Below, in pieces: positions 48,601-62,170 of a stretch of DNA of 64,000 bases. Each line of letters begins with the position of its first letter. Positions within the stretch are counted from its first letter, which is position 1. Below the pieces are notes generated by a model. It had not been told where the DNA came from and did not search any database. It was given only the letters and a program-made list of their open reading frames with translations. The DNA is from Chrysomallon squamiferum (taxonomy: Eukaryota > Animalia > Mollusca): positions 29,450,001-29,514,000 of the forward strand of contig CM022671.1 in the NCBI GenBank assembly GCA_012295275.1, given 5' to 3'. The translations under genes and the position numbers were made by a program.

Positions 48601-50587
48601 ATCATATGACTGTTGGGGAAAGGAAGAGACTGCAGTGGGCAAAAGAAAGAGGTAAAAAATATCACTATGTATAATCAGTATTTGTTATCTCATAATAAAA
48701 AAAAATTTAAAATATATTCTGAAAAAGCTGTTTACAATTTGGTAAAGTTATGAAGATTTATCTCCCTTTATTTCATAATTTAAAAAAAAAATTAAAAAGA
48801 AATTAAGAGCTGGTTATAATTTTTTTTTTTTTCAAAGTTACGAAGATTTTTAACAGTTCTGTTTTACTGTCAAAAATAACAAAAGTTGAAAATATGTTTT
48901 TTAATTTATAAATACCTTTTAATAATTATTTTCTTTATATGAAATAAAAAACATTCTCCAGATACTTTTTAACTTTTGATGTTGTCTACAGGTGAACAAC
49001 AAGCTGCGTCTGATCCTTTCTTAAGACAGGACAGAACCTATCAGAACGTAAGTGCTATCGGTTGTCCCTTCTACACAGAGACCAGCATGCAGGTGAATGG
49101 TGGGCACACCATGCCTTCGGGCAGGAAGGCTGTGCTTGAGCCAAGAGCCAGGCCTGTCCAGAATGTAACTTCAAATGGCGAAAAACCAGACACCTATGAT
49201 CCATGGGGCAAGCCAGGGTGTGGTGCAAAATATGTACCAACCAAAAAACAAGAAGAAACTGATTCGGACACCAAGTATGATTTCATGGGCCGACCCATTC
49301 AGGAACATTCTGTAGTACAGGTATGCTTGTTTTAAAACTATTTTTCTTTTTTCTTAATATAAAATCTTTTGGGTTTTTGGGGGAGGGTTTTGTTATTTTG
49401 TTTTAATTAAAAATTCAAGGAATAAAACTTATTTTATGATATGTTATGTAATAATATTGTTATTTGAGGGTATCTAGTGGGTATAAACATCTAATTCTTT
49501 TTTTCCTTTTTCTTTTCATGTCTACCTAATAATGTGTTATTTCAAGACTTTTTGAAGATATACCAAACATTTGTTTTTTAGATTCTTGCATTAAAATTCA
49601 CTGCATATATAATACACCCATCGATACAGACATTTAATTTTTATTTTTAAGGATATGTACACAGTGAAAAATTCAAAAAATCGCGATTCCAAGAAAGAAT
49701 GGATGGCTGAGCTTGGTAAGTGTTTTTTTGTTTTTTTATTTATTTGTTTGTATGTGTTGTTATGAATGTATTTAATTATACAGTGTTTACTCATTTGTTG
49801 AAAATGAGTGAATATTTGACAGACAACTGAATTTGGTTATTTTCTGTCAAACATAAGTATCTTTTTTTACTTTGTTTCTTTCTTTTTAAATTTTAAATTT
49901 TTTTAAATTTAATATATTGATTATATAACAGAGAAAACCCAGGTCCATCTTAGCATGCACTACTCTTATCAATTAACTGAAAAGAACATCAAGCATTATT
50001 TTTTTTGACCAGCTTTTTAGTCACTGGCACACAGTGTTCTGTCGTAGTTACATGGTACTCACAATAAGTGTGATGATGTTTTCAGAGAAACAGATGGAAG
50101 AACAGAAACAAAGAAAGCAGAAGGAACGTGAGATGGAGAAGACACTGGGAGACATGTCCTGGCTGGACAGGTTCACAACAGATCACAAACCTGCACCTCT
50201 GCCAGAACAGATTAGCAGTGTGCAGAACAGAATGTAAGTGTGGCAGCCATCTTGTTTGTTTTGTTGTTTTTTTTTTGTTTTTTTTCTCTTGTATCCTATC
50301 TCAGCATTTGTTCAACATTAATCATAGACCACACTTCTTTCTTTTTTTTTCTTCTCTTTTTGTAAATGATGCATAACTATGATTGTTCAATATAATCTGT
50401 TTTACTGATTTTTTTCTGACAAATTATGTATTAAATAATAAATATTAACTTCTTACTACCTGTATAATTCTTAAAAAGATATGTAAAAATATACGTTTTG
50501 TTTTTATCAGTTTACAAGGCAGTAATTACTGGACACAATTAGTTTATTATTATTTTATTTTTCAGCAAAAAAATGGATGTCCTGTAA
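39394..50587 (+). CDS. CCDC66-like paralog B, N-terminal half only; 421 aa, 10 exons
   Basis: Exons 39394-39404, 44537-44598, 44897-44922, 45942-46215, 47968-48115, 48470-48651, 48992-49320, 49652-49715, 50086-50233, 50566-50587 (1266 nt, open). The first three exons match copy A in length (11, 62, 26 nt) and phase. Shared motifs (B/A): GKPSILWQQ/GKPAILWQQ, FGYKEKD/FGYKNKD, DFIKKN, VTLTQEQLNAIL/VTLTQDQLNAIL, RLQWAKER/RLQWAQER, YDPWGKPG/YNPWGRPG. The terminal exon is less certain. Confidence 0.82.
40205..40330 (-). mobile_element. SINE-like core fragment in reverse orientation
   Basis: ATTAGCAAAAAGGGATCTTTTACATT...AGATAGGAAAACATATACAACAG is the reverse complement of the ATGTAAAAGA-containing core at about 22620-22660. 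Confidence 0.4.
45146..45222. repeat. (CA)n microsatellite, interrupted
   Basis: Two AC runs separated by ATAA. Confidence 0.9.
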
Positions 50588-51819
50588 GAACTGATATCCA
50601 GACCTACTACACAGCTTTATCTGTATATCTGCAGGATTGTTTTTATCTCATAGAGCTGGCATTCATCTTCTCATATACACTATTGATTTGTTTTCTTATA
50701 TGAGACAGTGTTACATTTCTTTTCTTTTTTTTTTTGTTAATTTCTAACTACCTGTGAAAGTATGTTTGAGTATTAATAAAGTTACATTCCTTTTGAAGTT
50801 TCTCTGCTATTAGCAGTTTACATACCAGTTAGCTTGAGATGATAGTGACCTATTTGTCTGTTATTTTGGATCATCTACATGTAGATTTTAGTCTCATTCC
50901 AAGGTTATTTGAAACAACATGGGCCAAGAATTTATAAAATGTAGTCTAGGCTTGCTCCTCATCTTATGTAATCTTAATAAAAAGCACCTAGTCTGGTTTT
51001 CAAATATTTTATACGTTCCTCTGGAACCCAAGTGCTAAAATTGTTTATTTTTATAGCCCATTGATATATATGTATATATATAAATTATTGTAAAGGGTAA
51101 CTTATTGCCTTTTGCCTTAAAAAAAAAAAAAAATTGTTTTTTACTCAAAATCGTTATAGTTGTATTAGATTTTATAATTGATTGTTGAACATTTTATTGA
51201 AGAATAATTATTGACTAGAATGTTTTTAAAAGAAAAACAAAGACAAAGTATACTTTGATTATTATTAAATCTTTTTGACATTCGACTTGAATATGGACTC
51301 TATTGTTATTTGAAGTTTAAAACCCAACACCATTAATAAAACAGACAAGAAATAAATATGGAAAACAGTATTAATATTGCGAGAATGCAAGCCTTAGTCA
51401 AATTTGCAAGCAGAAGTAATTGATTGGAAAGACGTTTCTCAAGTTTTACTGGACCCATAAAGTCTGTTATAGCACTTTTTGTTGAAAAGAAATATTTATT
51501 TTACCTATGGGCCTTGTATAAAGATTATTTATAGTTATTTATGATTATAAGTTTTTGTGAAAGTTTCATTACCGGATTAAACTGGGCTGTTTTAAAATAC
51601 TGCAGTATTATTTTTACACATCACTGGATATTTATTTTTCTTGCCCGTTAGAGACATGTAGTATTATATTACAAGTATTTTTAAAAATTAAAGCATTCTA
51701 GATTTTATATCGTTTAAAGTGTGCCATGCTTCGTTTTGCAATATAATCTTTATTTGTGTACTCACTTTAATACTGTTGTGCCTTATTTATATAAATGTTT
51801 TCAATTTTATTGTTAAAGA

Positions 51820-51853
<34 letters not shown>

Positions 51854-53656
51854 TACTACTACTGTTATTATTTAAAGAGATATCTGTTTTAAACTGCATA
51901 TCATTTTTAAAATCTTGATCTTAAAACAAAAGTTAAAAAATAGTGTAATCATTTTTTTTAGTTTCTGATAGTTTCTTTCTTTAGTTAATTCACACAGCAT
52001 TTCAGGTGGTTTTTGCTTTATATATCCCACATAGTTCACAATTTCAATCTTAGTTTTAGGTCAATTTATAAACATTACAGACATTTCATCATCATCAGTG
52101 ACTGCGACATTTTGACTTAACGATCCAGGCTGGTGTCCAGATAAAGACATTACTTGTTATCAGTATTAATCTGTTTTGAAGGGGCACAACTATAAATATT
52201 ATTTATAAACTTATTATTCAGTGCAAATGCTTTGTATTGGACCATTTTTCACAACTTATTTCTTAGAAATGTTTTTGAATTATATTCTGTCCATATAACA
52301 AAGTTCATTTGATTTTGGGAAAATTTCGCTTCAATTATTATTCCGTCCATTTAGCACAGGTTGCTGTGACCTGAGGTGCTGAACTGTACTTATATGCTGT
52401 CCAAATTTTGGAGACTGAGGAATGCAAATCATAATTAAATTCCGCCCATTTTGCTCAGGCTTTTGAATTCTGAGGTGCTGAACAGAATCATACACAGTCC
52501 ATTTTCAGCTAAACCTGATCTACCCATGCTTGTGATAATTATCTGGCTATTGTCAATGCATTTAGCAAATGCATTCATGCATATGTAAACAATTGCACTT
52601 GTTGAAGATATGCCTTTAAATTTAATGTATGCTTTTTTTCTTCTTCATTTTTTTCAATCACAACTGTTATGTGATTTAGTATATTCCATAATAAAGCTGT
52701 TCGCTTTAATGTGGAAAAATACTGCCACGCTAACTACATTAATTTTTATTTTGTTGTTGTCATTGTAGTAAACTGTTCATAATTTGTTTTTTTTTAATCA
52801 TTTTTATACATTGTTTTCTTGTTATGCATTTAAAAAAAGAAAATTAAAACTAAAAATATTGTACAAAGTGTGTTCATATTTATTGTGGAAATAATAAACA
52901 TTTTACTCATCCATTCTGTTTTTGTATTTTTGGAATTTCAAGTCATTTACTTTTGCATATATTTGTCTTACCAGCAGAACATTTATAACATTACATCCAT
53001 GTTTTTTCATGTTGCAGGTTTAATTTGATTTTGCTCATTTCTTTTCTATGGACTATGCTTCATTTATGAGAAAAAAAAAATAAAATGTTTTAAAACAATT
53101 ATTTTGCAGATGTTAAAAAAAAGAAAGAAAAAGGTAAATAAAATGAGAGTATGATTAAATTTGTTTCAAGTTGTCAGATCCTTAATTCCTCAGGAATTTA
53201 TTTTATTATTTTTATTTATTTTAGTTTATTTATGTTTTCTTACATTAAAGGATAAAAAAGAAGAAAAGCTTTATATTTAAACAAAAAAATAATAATTAAA
53301 ATTAAAAAAAGAAGCATTTATTATGCAGAATATATTTTATTTTGGTTTATATCCTTATATTAACTTGCAAGGTTAAGTTCAATATTTCATCAAAAATCAA
53401 CGACCCAAAAAAAAAAAAAAAGTTGATTTCTTTGACAATAGATTCAATTAGATGAATTTGCTTTGAAAAAATAAAGCAAATACAAACTACAGTGCACACA
53501 CATTTAGAAATTTTATTCTCTTTTCTGTTCCAGCACATTCTAATGCTAAACCATTTCTTATTACATTGAAACAAATATCCCACTGAATTCAGAATGTCTA
53601 AAGAAGAAGAAAAAAATCAATATGTTTATATTTAATACAATATTTGTAAGATTTCA

Positions 53657-56122
53657 TTACAAGTCTGTGATAAAGTTATTAACACTCTTCATGTAAGATG
53701 GAGAAAAGTACTTTGGCAGTTCATCTTTTGTCACCCACTGAAACTCTGCAATTTCTTTGTCAGCTAGTTTAATATCACCATTTGAGAAAGCAGCTCTGAA
53801 GAAAAATAACTGAAACAAAAATTATAAAGTTTAATATCATAATTTCAATTTATAGTTATTATAATCCATATTTTGTAAAAGAAATTTATGATCAATAATG
53901 GAAAGAATTGTGATGTTTTAGCATGTTAATTGGAGAAATAGTTTATGAAATACACCTATGTCAAATCGAGGATCACGTTGTCTTGCTTCAGTTATTGTTA
54001 CCTTGTCAAAAATGAAAATATAGCTGTCTTGTACTTCAGCGTGTATCTGAAAATTTTATTTTTTTATTTTTTTTACCCTGGTATTAATGACTTCAAAACA
54101 TACTACTTCATTTTTATCACAATACAAGGTATGCCACCAAATTTCTAGAACCCTTGCTTGAAAGCACTTGCTGTGCATCAGTTTTTCTGGATCAAAAGAG
54201 GTGACATAATTCAACAAAATATAAACTTCCCATGACTCTTTAACGAACCATGTACAGCTAGAAACTTAAATTAAACAAATATTTAATGTAAATTAAATGA
54301 TTAAGTGGAATAGATCAATATAAATGATATTTTTATTACAAAAAGCTGCATCTGTAAAATCAAATTATCAATTTAAACAATAAATTTCAAATGCCCATAG
54401 TTTTAATTTTATCTGTTCTAAAAGAGATTTGGGTTGTTTAAATGTACTACGAATAAATATGTATATTCATTATTTTCAAACCTTCACTCCTTGTTCAGAT
54501 TCTCTCCTAAACTTGTATTTGTGAAAACCACATGGAGCATTGCCCTCAAATCTAGCTTCTATTTTATCTCCACAGTTTTCCTGAAGAACCCGCTCTGCAG
54601 TCTAATAATTAGAAAAATAATGTTATCTCCTGAGTATGCTTTTCATTAAAAACAAATTTAATATAATGACACCATACATTATTATGGTGAAAAATTGCTA
54701 ATTTTCTCAGTTAAAAAGTATTTTGTTCAATTAAAAAAAAAAAAAAAAAATTAATAATAATAAATAGAGGCTAAGACTGATGAATATGAAAGAAAGGATT
54801 TAATGGTAAATGGAAATAATATTAACAAAATTTACACATACCTGTCTCATGGATTCTCCATTCTGCCAGACTCCCTGAGGCAAAACCCAGTGAAACTGAT
54901 CTCCGAGTTTCTGTTTGACAATCAAAATCAATTTTCTGTCCAACTTTCTTTTATGTGATGTCTTATCATCCGATTTGTCTGCCTCTGAAAATAGCAAATA
55001 TATATTTGTGTTAATTTCATCAAAAACTTTTAAGAATAAATTTTATTCTAGCATACGACCAGAAAATAAAAATTTGTTTATTGAATCACCTGTTTCTCGA
55101 CTGGCTGGTGTGAATGTTTTTAATTCAGCTTCCCACATGTCTTCGAGATCCAGTGCTGTCTGTCGAGCTGTGTCAATTTCAGTTTCTTCATAATCTTCTT
55201 GTTTTTGTTTTTGTTCAAGTTTTCTGAAAGTTCAGAAAGCTGAAAATTAGAACTGTAAAATCTGTGACTAAAAATATTTTTGTTTAACCTTTACACAGTA
55301 CAAAAACTGGTTCAACATTCGAAAACAGTTATATCCTATCAAAAATTTATACTGGATTTGAAATCTTACTAAAATTTGTAATAAATTGTACATTCATTGA
55401 AATCACATACTTTTTTACACATATACTACTATTATACAAAAAATGTATTAAATGTTAAATTCAACCAAAATTGGTCATGTATTTTTAATTTTCAGTGCTT
55501 ACAAGTCTTCTTTGTGTCGAAGTTCATGATCAGACATCAGACTATACTCTAGTTCCAACTGTTCCATTAATTTACTCATCTCTTTTTCGAGAGGTGTTTT
55601 TTCACTGGTGATTATGGGATGTCGCTCGAGACAGACAGCACTGGTCAGCTGCCATTGTCTCCCTGACGATCCCGCCGATGTCTGAACATTACACAATTGT
55701 CGTACCAAAGAATAAAGTGCTGAAAAGAAATCATATATTCATAATGGTATTAATACGGCCTTACTCATAAATTGTTGAGATAGGTGATTATGAATATCTG
55801 TATTTTCAAAAATAAATATGGCAAATATATGTTAATTCAAAGATAATTATTGGTTTCCACGAGGAAAACAAATAAAGGTTGGGGTGCAATTTATATCTTA
55901 AACATTTAACATGCTTTATAATACTAATAGTTTATTACTTTTCATAGTATCAAGTTAATTATTACTTTGAAAATTAAAACAGTATATATTCTGCCTCTTT
56001 CCAACAGCCAAAGCAATTTATAGTCATGATTTCTGACATCAAGTAATAACTGAACAGATCTAATTATTACCTTTTTGCCTACAAAATGTTTTAAGCAAAG
56101 TCCTGGCACCGCAAAATGCCAT
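53657..56122 (-). CDS. MRPL46: Mitochondrial ribosomal protein mL46 (Nudix-like fold); 272 aa, 6 exons
   Basis: Exons 56122-56071, 55719-55503, 55223-55090, 54984-54842, 54601-54482, 53809-53657 (819 nt, in phase). Basic presequence-like N-terminus MAFCGARTLLKTFCRQK. Motifs WQLTSAVCLERHPII...SLMSDHELR, RKLDRKLILIVKQKLG...WVLPQG...GESMRQTAERVL...GNAPCGFHKY...KLFFFRA...FQWVTKDEL. Confidence 0.93.
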
Positions 56123-56421
56123 TTTGGAGAAAACAGAGTTATCTTCCCTAGAGGAAATCAAATTTTGTCACGTTCTGTAGCATATTGGTAATCTTTCAGT
56201 TAACGACACCGAGATGGTTATAAGAAATGTATTGAAACGATTTGTTGTCCTGTTAATGCTACAGATATAACAAGGTCATAAAAATCCGTCAAAATACGTT
56301 TTTAGTTTTGTTTTAATAATTTTTTATTAAGATATACACAGAAAGGTACAACAATCCCCGAAGTTTAGTGAACCTTTTTCATTTTAAATGTTTTAAAAAA
56401 TGTTACTTTATTTCTTTATTA

Positions 56422-56472
<51 letters not shown>

Positions 56473-57164
56473 TTTGTTTATTTTGCTGTTTGAATTTATA
56501 TATGAATAAGCCAATAATATAAAATATCTGCTCTGGAACATTATGAAATTAATTCTGATTTGTATGTTCGTTCCTAAAATGTTTGCGTGTGTATAGATGC
56601 ATATAAGTATGTAATATTACTAACAATTCACTGAATTCAGAAGAGCTGTGAAACAAAAACATAAACATACCCAAATAAAACATTATAACAAAAACAACAA
56701 AAAATTATAAAATCATCAGTTAATACAAAAATAAATAAATAAAAGAACCTTTAATATAATTAAGGACGTTAATTGAAAAATGACATCTAGATTTATTACA
56801 GTATTAACTGATGAATGTTAAATATGAAAACACTTTATATCTTGTGTGTGATGTGTCACAGGAAAAATGCCCAGTGACATCAAATTAAAATAGTAATTGA
56901 TGGACCCACAGTGAAAACTTAGTACAGATATCGCAACGATCAAGCCCCACCCCACCAAAAGAAACAGGTTGTCGTTTCAGTCCAGATGTGTGTAGTATCA
57001 AAATTAAAGTCACCTTAGCAGTATAATTTTCTTTTTCTCTCTTTATTTCCTTTTAATTAAATATCTGTGTGTGTGTGTGTGTGTTCCCTTTAGTATGGCA
57101 TATGATAAAAATATACTAAAACTAATTTCATAACTTACTTTTTTAAAATGGAAATTGATTGATT

Positions 57165-57167
<3 letters not shown>

Positions 57168-57208
<41 letters not shown>
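57168..57208. repeat. (CA)n microsatellite
   Basis: Direct AC run. Confidence 0.9.
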
Positions 57209-57210
<2 letters not shown>

Positions 57211-57409
57211 TGAAACTAACGAACCTTAAGCTTCAATACCCGAGATGTAAGAGACTTAGTGATGATTGCTTCAACTATTTAATCGACATCTGAAAAATCA
57301 CGAAAGTGCCCCAGAAAAATAGACACAGACACACACAAACACACACACACACATATGCCATGTTCTTGGAGACCAAAACGAACAATTACAGTTGTTTTTA
57401 TTTTTCCTA

Positions 57410-57630
57410 TTTGATTAAAATAACATCAGTTTGATAGTATAAACAGATTAAATTGAAATAATGAACAATACAAATGTGTAAATTTGATTACAATAACATC
57501 AGAATGATGAAAGTACAAACAGATTAAATTGAAATAATGAGCAATACAATAGTGTAAATTTGATTAAAATAACGTCAGTATGATAGTATAAACAAATTAA
57601 ATTGAAATAATGAGCAATACAAATGTGTAC
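57410..57630. repeat. Tandem repeat, unit about 74 bp, 3 copies
   Basis: TTTGATTAAAATAACATCAG...AAACAGATTAAATTGAAATAATGA(A/G)CAATACAA units start at about 57410, 57483 and 57558. Confidence 0.85.
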
Positions 57631-58378
57631 TTATTTTATCTGTAACGTCACAGGTTTGTGAGAACCGAGGGATTAATCGTTTCTTTTCACTTGGTGTTTC
57701 CAACCAGATCAGTAAATTTTCACTTTAACATAAATAACATCTATGAACATATTCTACTAGAATTTATTCTTTCTTAACGGAACACTCCGACACGGTATGA
57801 ACTAGCTGACGTCATTTGCATATACACCTGTCTCATCATAGCTTATACCTATATATCTACCTCCCTGCCTGCCTGACTGTCTATTTGTCTGTCTGTCTGT
57901 CTCTTTGTCTGTTCATCCGTCCATCTATTTGCCTGTCTAACTGTATATTATTTATCTCTGTGTGTAATCAGTTATCGACATATTTAGTAATTATTTTAAA
58001 ATATAATTTGTCTGACTATTCATGTGTAACCAGTCCAAAAATAATAATTAAAAATGTATGGATATAATAATTTAAAAAAAACAACCCAGATTGATATATA
58101 GGTAGGAAGGTAGATAGACAGACAGAACGAACGTTTATTAAATTCAGCTCGCGTTGTGAAAAAATAGTATTCAACAATAAAAAAGAGAAATTCTGAAGGC
58201 CTTTTTATCTGAACGAAAGGTATTTTTCTTCAAATTAATGTAATCTGATTTTCATGAATATACTATTTAACCATTATCAGTGAAACCTGGACTACAAATA
58301 TATTACTTCATACATATTTAAAATAAAACGATAAAGCTTAAAATTTATGAACTCATATGAATTTTTTTTTTTTTATTA

Positions 58379-58423
<45 letters not shown>

Positions 58424-58892
58424 CCCCATGGTTGTCAGATAGCGGTTATAGATAACTCTTCTTTTTTTTTTTTTTTTTTTTTTATTATTTTTTTTTATTA
58501 ACAACAGTAAAAGCATTTTCCAAATAAACCTGATAAAAGGGCAATTTTATTCGGCGCAACTGGAGCAAAAATGGCACATATCAGGTAATCTTCCCAGAAG
58601 GTACGTGCAATGATTTTAAGAACGATTTAATCGGTTTAATTGTTGTATTCACGACAAATTCCCAGATGAATTCTAAACCGCAATAAAACTCGTTTGCTGA
58701 AGCTAAATTGACGAATACGTCATGCGGCAAATGAGCGAATGTCAGATGAATAATGAATGATCCAGACAAAACAGTTTCCCTCTATTACACACTAAACTGA
58801 AACAATTAGCGCAGCTGCTGTCTTTCTAATAATTTATTTTGACCGAGCACCCGATATAACTATATTTATTTAAACTTGTCCGCTAACGATTT

Positions 58893-58894
<2 letters not shown>

Positions 58895-58959
<65 letters not shown>

Positions 58960-59062
58960 GTGTGCCCTTGTCAGTGTATGTCTGTGTTTGTGTTTGTAAG
59001 TGCGTGTGTGGCTGTGTGTATGTCTGTGAGTGTGAGGGCGTGTCTGTTTGTGTGTGTGTGTG
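58895..59062. repeat. (CA)n run followed by a degenerate (TG)n run
   Basis: AC run 58895-58955, then a GT-rich tract to about 59062. Confidence 0.85.
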
Positions 59063-59479
59063 AGATAAACTGGAAATATAGAAAAAATATCAGCAAAGGT
59101 ACACTTTAACAGGTAAAAATAAAGATTAAAATATATATATATATATTTTATTTTCTTTACTCGTTTGTTCTTTCTTATTATATTTTTTCTTTCTTTCTTT
59201 CCTATATACAATTTTTTTTTTTTTTTTTTTTTTTCAGATTAAACTCAAACAAATTTTCGTGATAAATATTAAAGGTCTGTATTATACTGCTACTACTACC
59301 ATTATTATTATTGTATTGTTTTATTGTATATTACGTAACTTAGGCTTATTATAATAATAATAAGAACCTAACTTATGCAATATACCATTAATAAATGAAT
59401 ATTAAATTAACACCTATAACATTTTACCTATAACAGGTTACAAATTTCATAAAAAAAAAAAATGGTACTCAAGACCATA

Positions 59480-59590
59480 AACTAGTTACCACTACTTATT
59501 AGCATGTCAGTGTCACAGCCTTTTTGACACCAGCCATGAGAAACTGTCTGGAACGGGAAATAATTCACTAAACGATCAAAGTGATTTTTT
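59480..59590 (-). mobile_element. SINE-like core fragment in reverse orientation
   Basis: Reverse complement reads ATTTCCCGTTCCAGACAGTTTCTCATGGCTGGTGTCAAAAAGGCTGTG, similar to the 34.4 kb and 22.5 kb copies. Confidence 0.35.
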
Positions 59591-60389
59591 TCAGATTTTT
59601 TTTTTTTTTTCAGATTATTTTAATTTGAAATTCACCCTTAATGTGGAATGTATCTTTTTATTAAACTAACTGAAAAACGTTTAAAAACGAAAATCATGCA
59701 AAAAAAAATTCACCGTAAAGTGCTGATACCATTGGCTGTTTGTGACGGAGTCCATATTATTATTAACGACTGCAAGTGATAATCATTCCGCACCCAGGTA
59801 CTAAAAACATCTGATCAAAAAGAAAAAAAAAAAAATGAAAAAAAAATGAAAAGAAGTAAGATCGATATTGTAAACTCGATGCACGCTGAAAACAATATAG
59901 CAAGTAAAACCTGTTGACGTTCTCAATACAGAATACACGAAACAAAACATACAGTAGCTGTGAAGTAAGAGTGACGAATTTCTCTTCAGAAAAGGTATTT
60001 ATTTATTTATTTATTAATTTACTTTGTTTGTTTCTTTGTTTGTTACTTTCGTATTTATTTATTTATTATTTATTCTGCCTTATATTAACATAGAAAATAA
60101 ATAATATCATTACCTCAACTTGTAGGTATTAATTTTCGGTTTTGTTTTAATGGTCGTCATTGCTCACAAAGGTATATTAACAACACCGGGTCATAGTCAT
60201 AATTCTTATATTGAAATTACACAAGCATAACTAAATGGAAGTGAATGTAATTTTCACTGGCTTCTTTAAATGGGAATAAAATAAAATTTTAAAGTATATC
60301 ATTTTTTTTTTCTATCTGGAATCAAATATAAAAATTTTATATTTTTTCTATCTTTTTGGAAGATACACAATTGAAATGCGGAAATGTTT

Positions 60390-60425
<36 letters not shown>

Positions 60426-62170
60426 TAGTAAATATAATATAATACTTTATGTTTGTGCAGAGTTACACAGTAGATGAGACACAAGTAACTGGATAACGTG
60501 CATTTTACAAATTTAGTTCCATATTGAATTACAAAATCTGAAATACGATGATCAATTTTCGAAATTTATTCATTCTATTTTATTACTTTTTAATTTTAAT
60601 TTTTTTATGATTAAAGTAGACGAAATTCGCAACCAGATATACCTTTAAACAATAATTATTATTTGTTGTCGCTGTTTTCTTTGTCGTTTATATTATGTTA
60701 TTATCGCATTTCTTTCTTTCTTTTTATGTTGTTTATTATTTTATTTTATTTTATTTCTGTTACTTAATTCTTTTTTAATTTTTAATTAACTAATTTATTA
60801 ATTATTTTATTTATTTATTTATTTACTTAGTTACTTGCTTACTTACTTACTTACTTATTTATTTATTTATTTTTACTTTAAGGCATATAATTATCATTAA
60901 AAGACTGACGACTTTAAGCCAAAGGCTGAAAAGAACCTTAAACACATTAAGTACAACATGATACATTTCAGTGAGACTGGTTTATACAACTACTCATAAA
61001 TTAGACATTAGGAAGATTAGTTTATCATATTCATTGATTTGAAAAGCAAACATTAACCAGTAATGACAGAAACATGAAAGAAATGAGATATTTGCTATTA
61101 GCAGAGTTTGCTTCTCCTATTTCATATCTTGATTGTAAAATATTTGAAAGCTGGAGAAAGACATTAGATGCTTTTCAGTAGATAACTTACTTATATAAAT
61201 AGGTTTATGTGTATCGTTTTAATTTAAAATTTGAAAAGAATCTATTTTCATAAAATAAACGATTTTACAAAACTGGAACAGCATCCTAGAAACTTATAAA
61301 GAAAATAATTATTTCCTTTTTTTATCGGTGCTTCTTCATTTATTGGCTGCGTAACCTTTCTTACAGAAATGAAAGGATAAATTAAAATTAATTATTGTTG
61401 TCCAAGTAAACACTGCATATGTATTAAAAATTCTCCATTATATTATTTATTTGCCACGGAACATATTATAACAAGTCTCAATGTTTGTACATTTTTTTTG
61501 TTTTCATTTTTGATAATTATTATTGCAGGTGTGTGTAACTGGTACCTGACCAAGACGTAAGAAAACGAGTTTATAAGCACTTTACCTTCTTTAACGATAT
61601 AAGACAAACGTTCTGAATTACCTGTTCGCCAGGATTTTGAAACTTTCTACAGTTTAGTGTTTATGATGTGAATCTGTGTCGTCTCAGATTTGATGTGTTG
61701 ATTTATTACTAATGTCGAAACTTGATTCCACTGACCTAAAGTACCCCTCGTAAATCTGTTAACTTGTTTTCTTATCATGACTGTTATATAATTGTATGTC
61801 CTATACATTCAGTATCATTTCCGTATTCATTTCAATTGCAATCACATCTCTTTCTGTAGATTATCACGCAGCACAACACTTGATATCTACTTCATTAGAA
61901 AATGCAATCAGCGTACTGTAAGAGACCAAGTGACAGATTTATTTAAAATGGCTGGCAGGGCTGTATGTACATGTAATACGATACTTCATATTATCTTATC
62001 AAAGAAATGACTTCACAGTGTTTAGTAAGGATTAATTTTCTTAGCATTTACACAGATGAATAATATTATTGTCACATTACATCTTGGAGAAGAAATACTT
62101 CCTGGTCACGAAACTGAAGTTCGACGATTTACTAAGGATATTTCTTTAAAGCAGAACAGAACCAATCGGC

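Noticed and set aside
58876-59211. ORFs with HT/VC repeats and a possible CA/TG hairpin
   Set aside because: Microsatellite artefact; the complementarity is trivial for such repeats.
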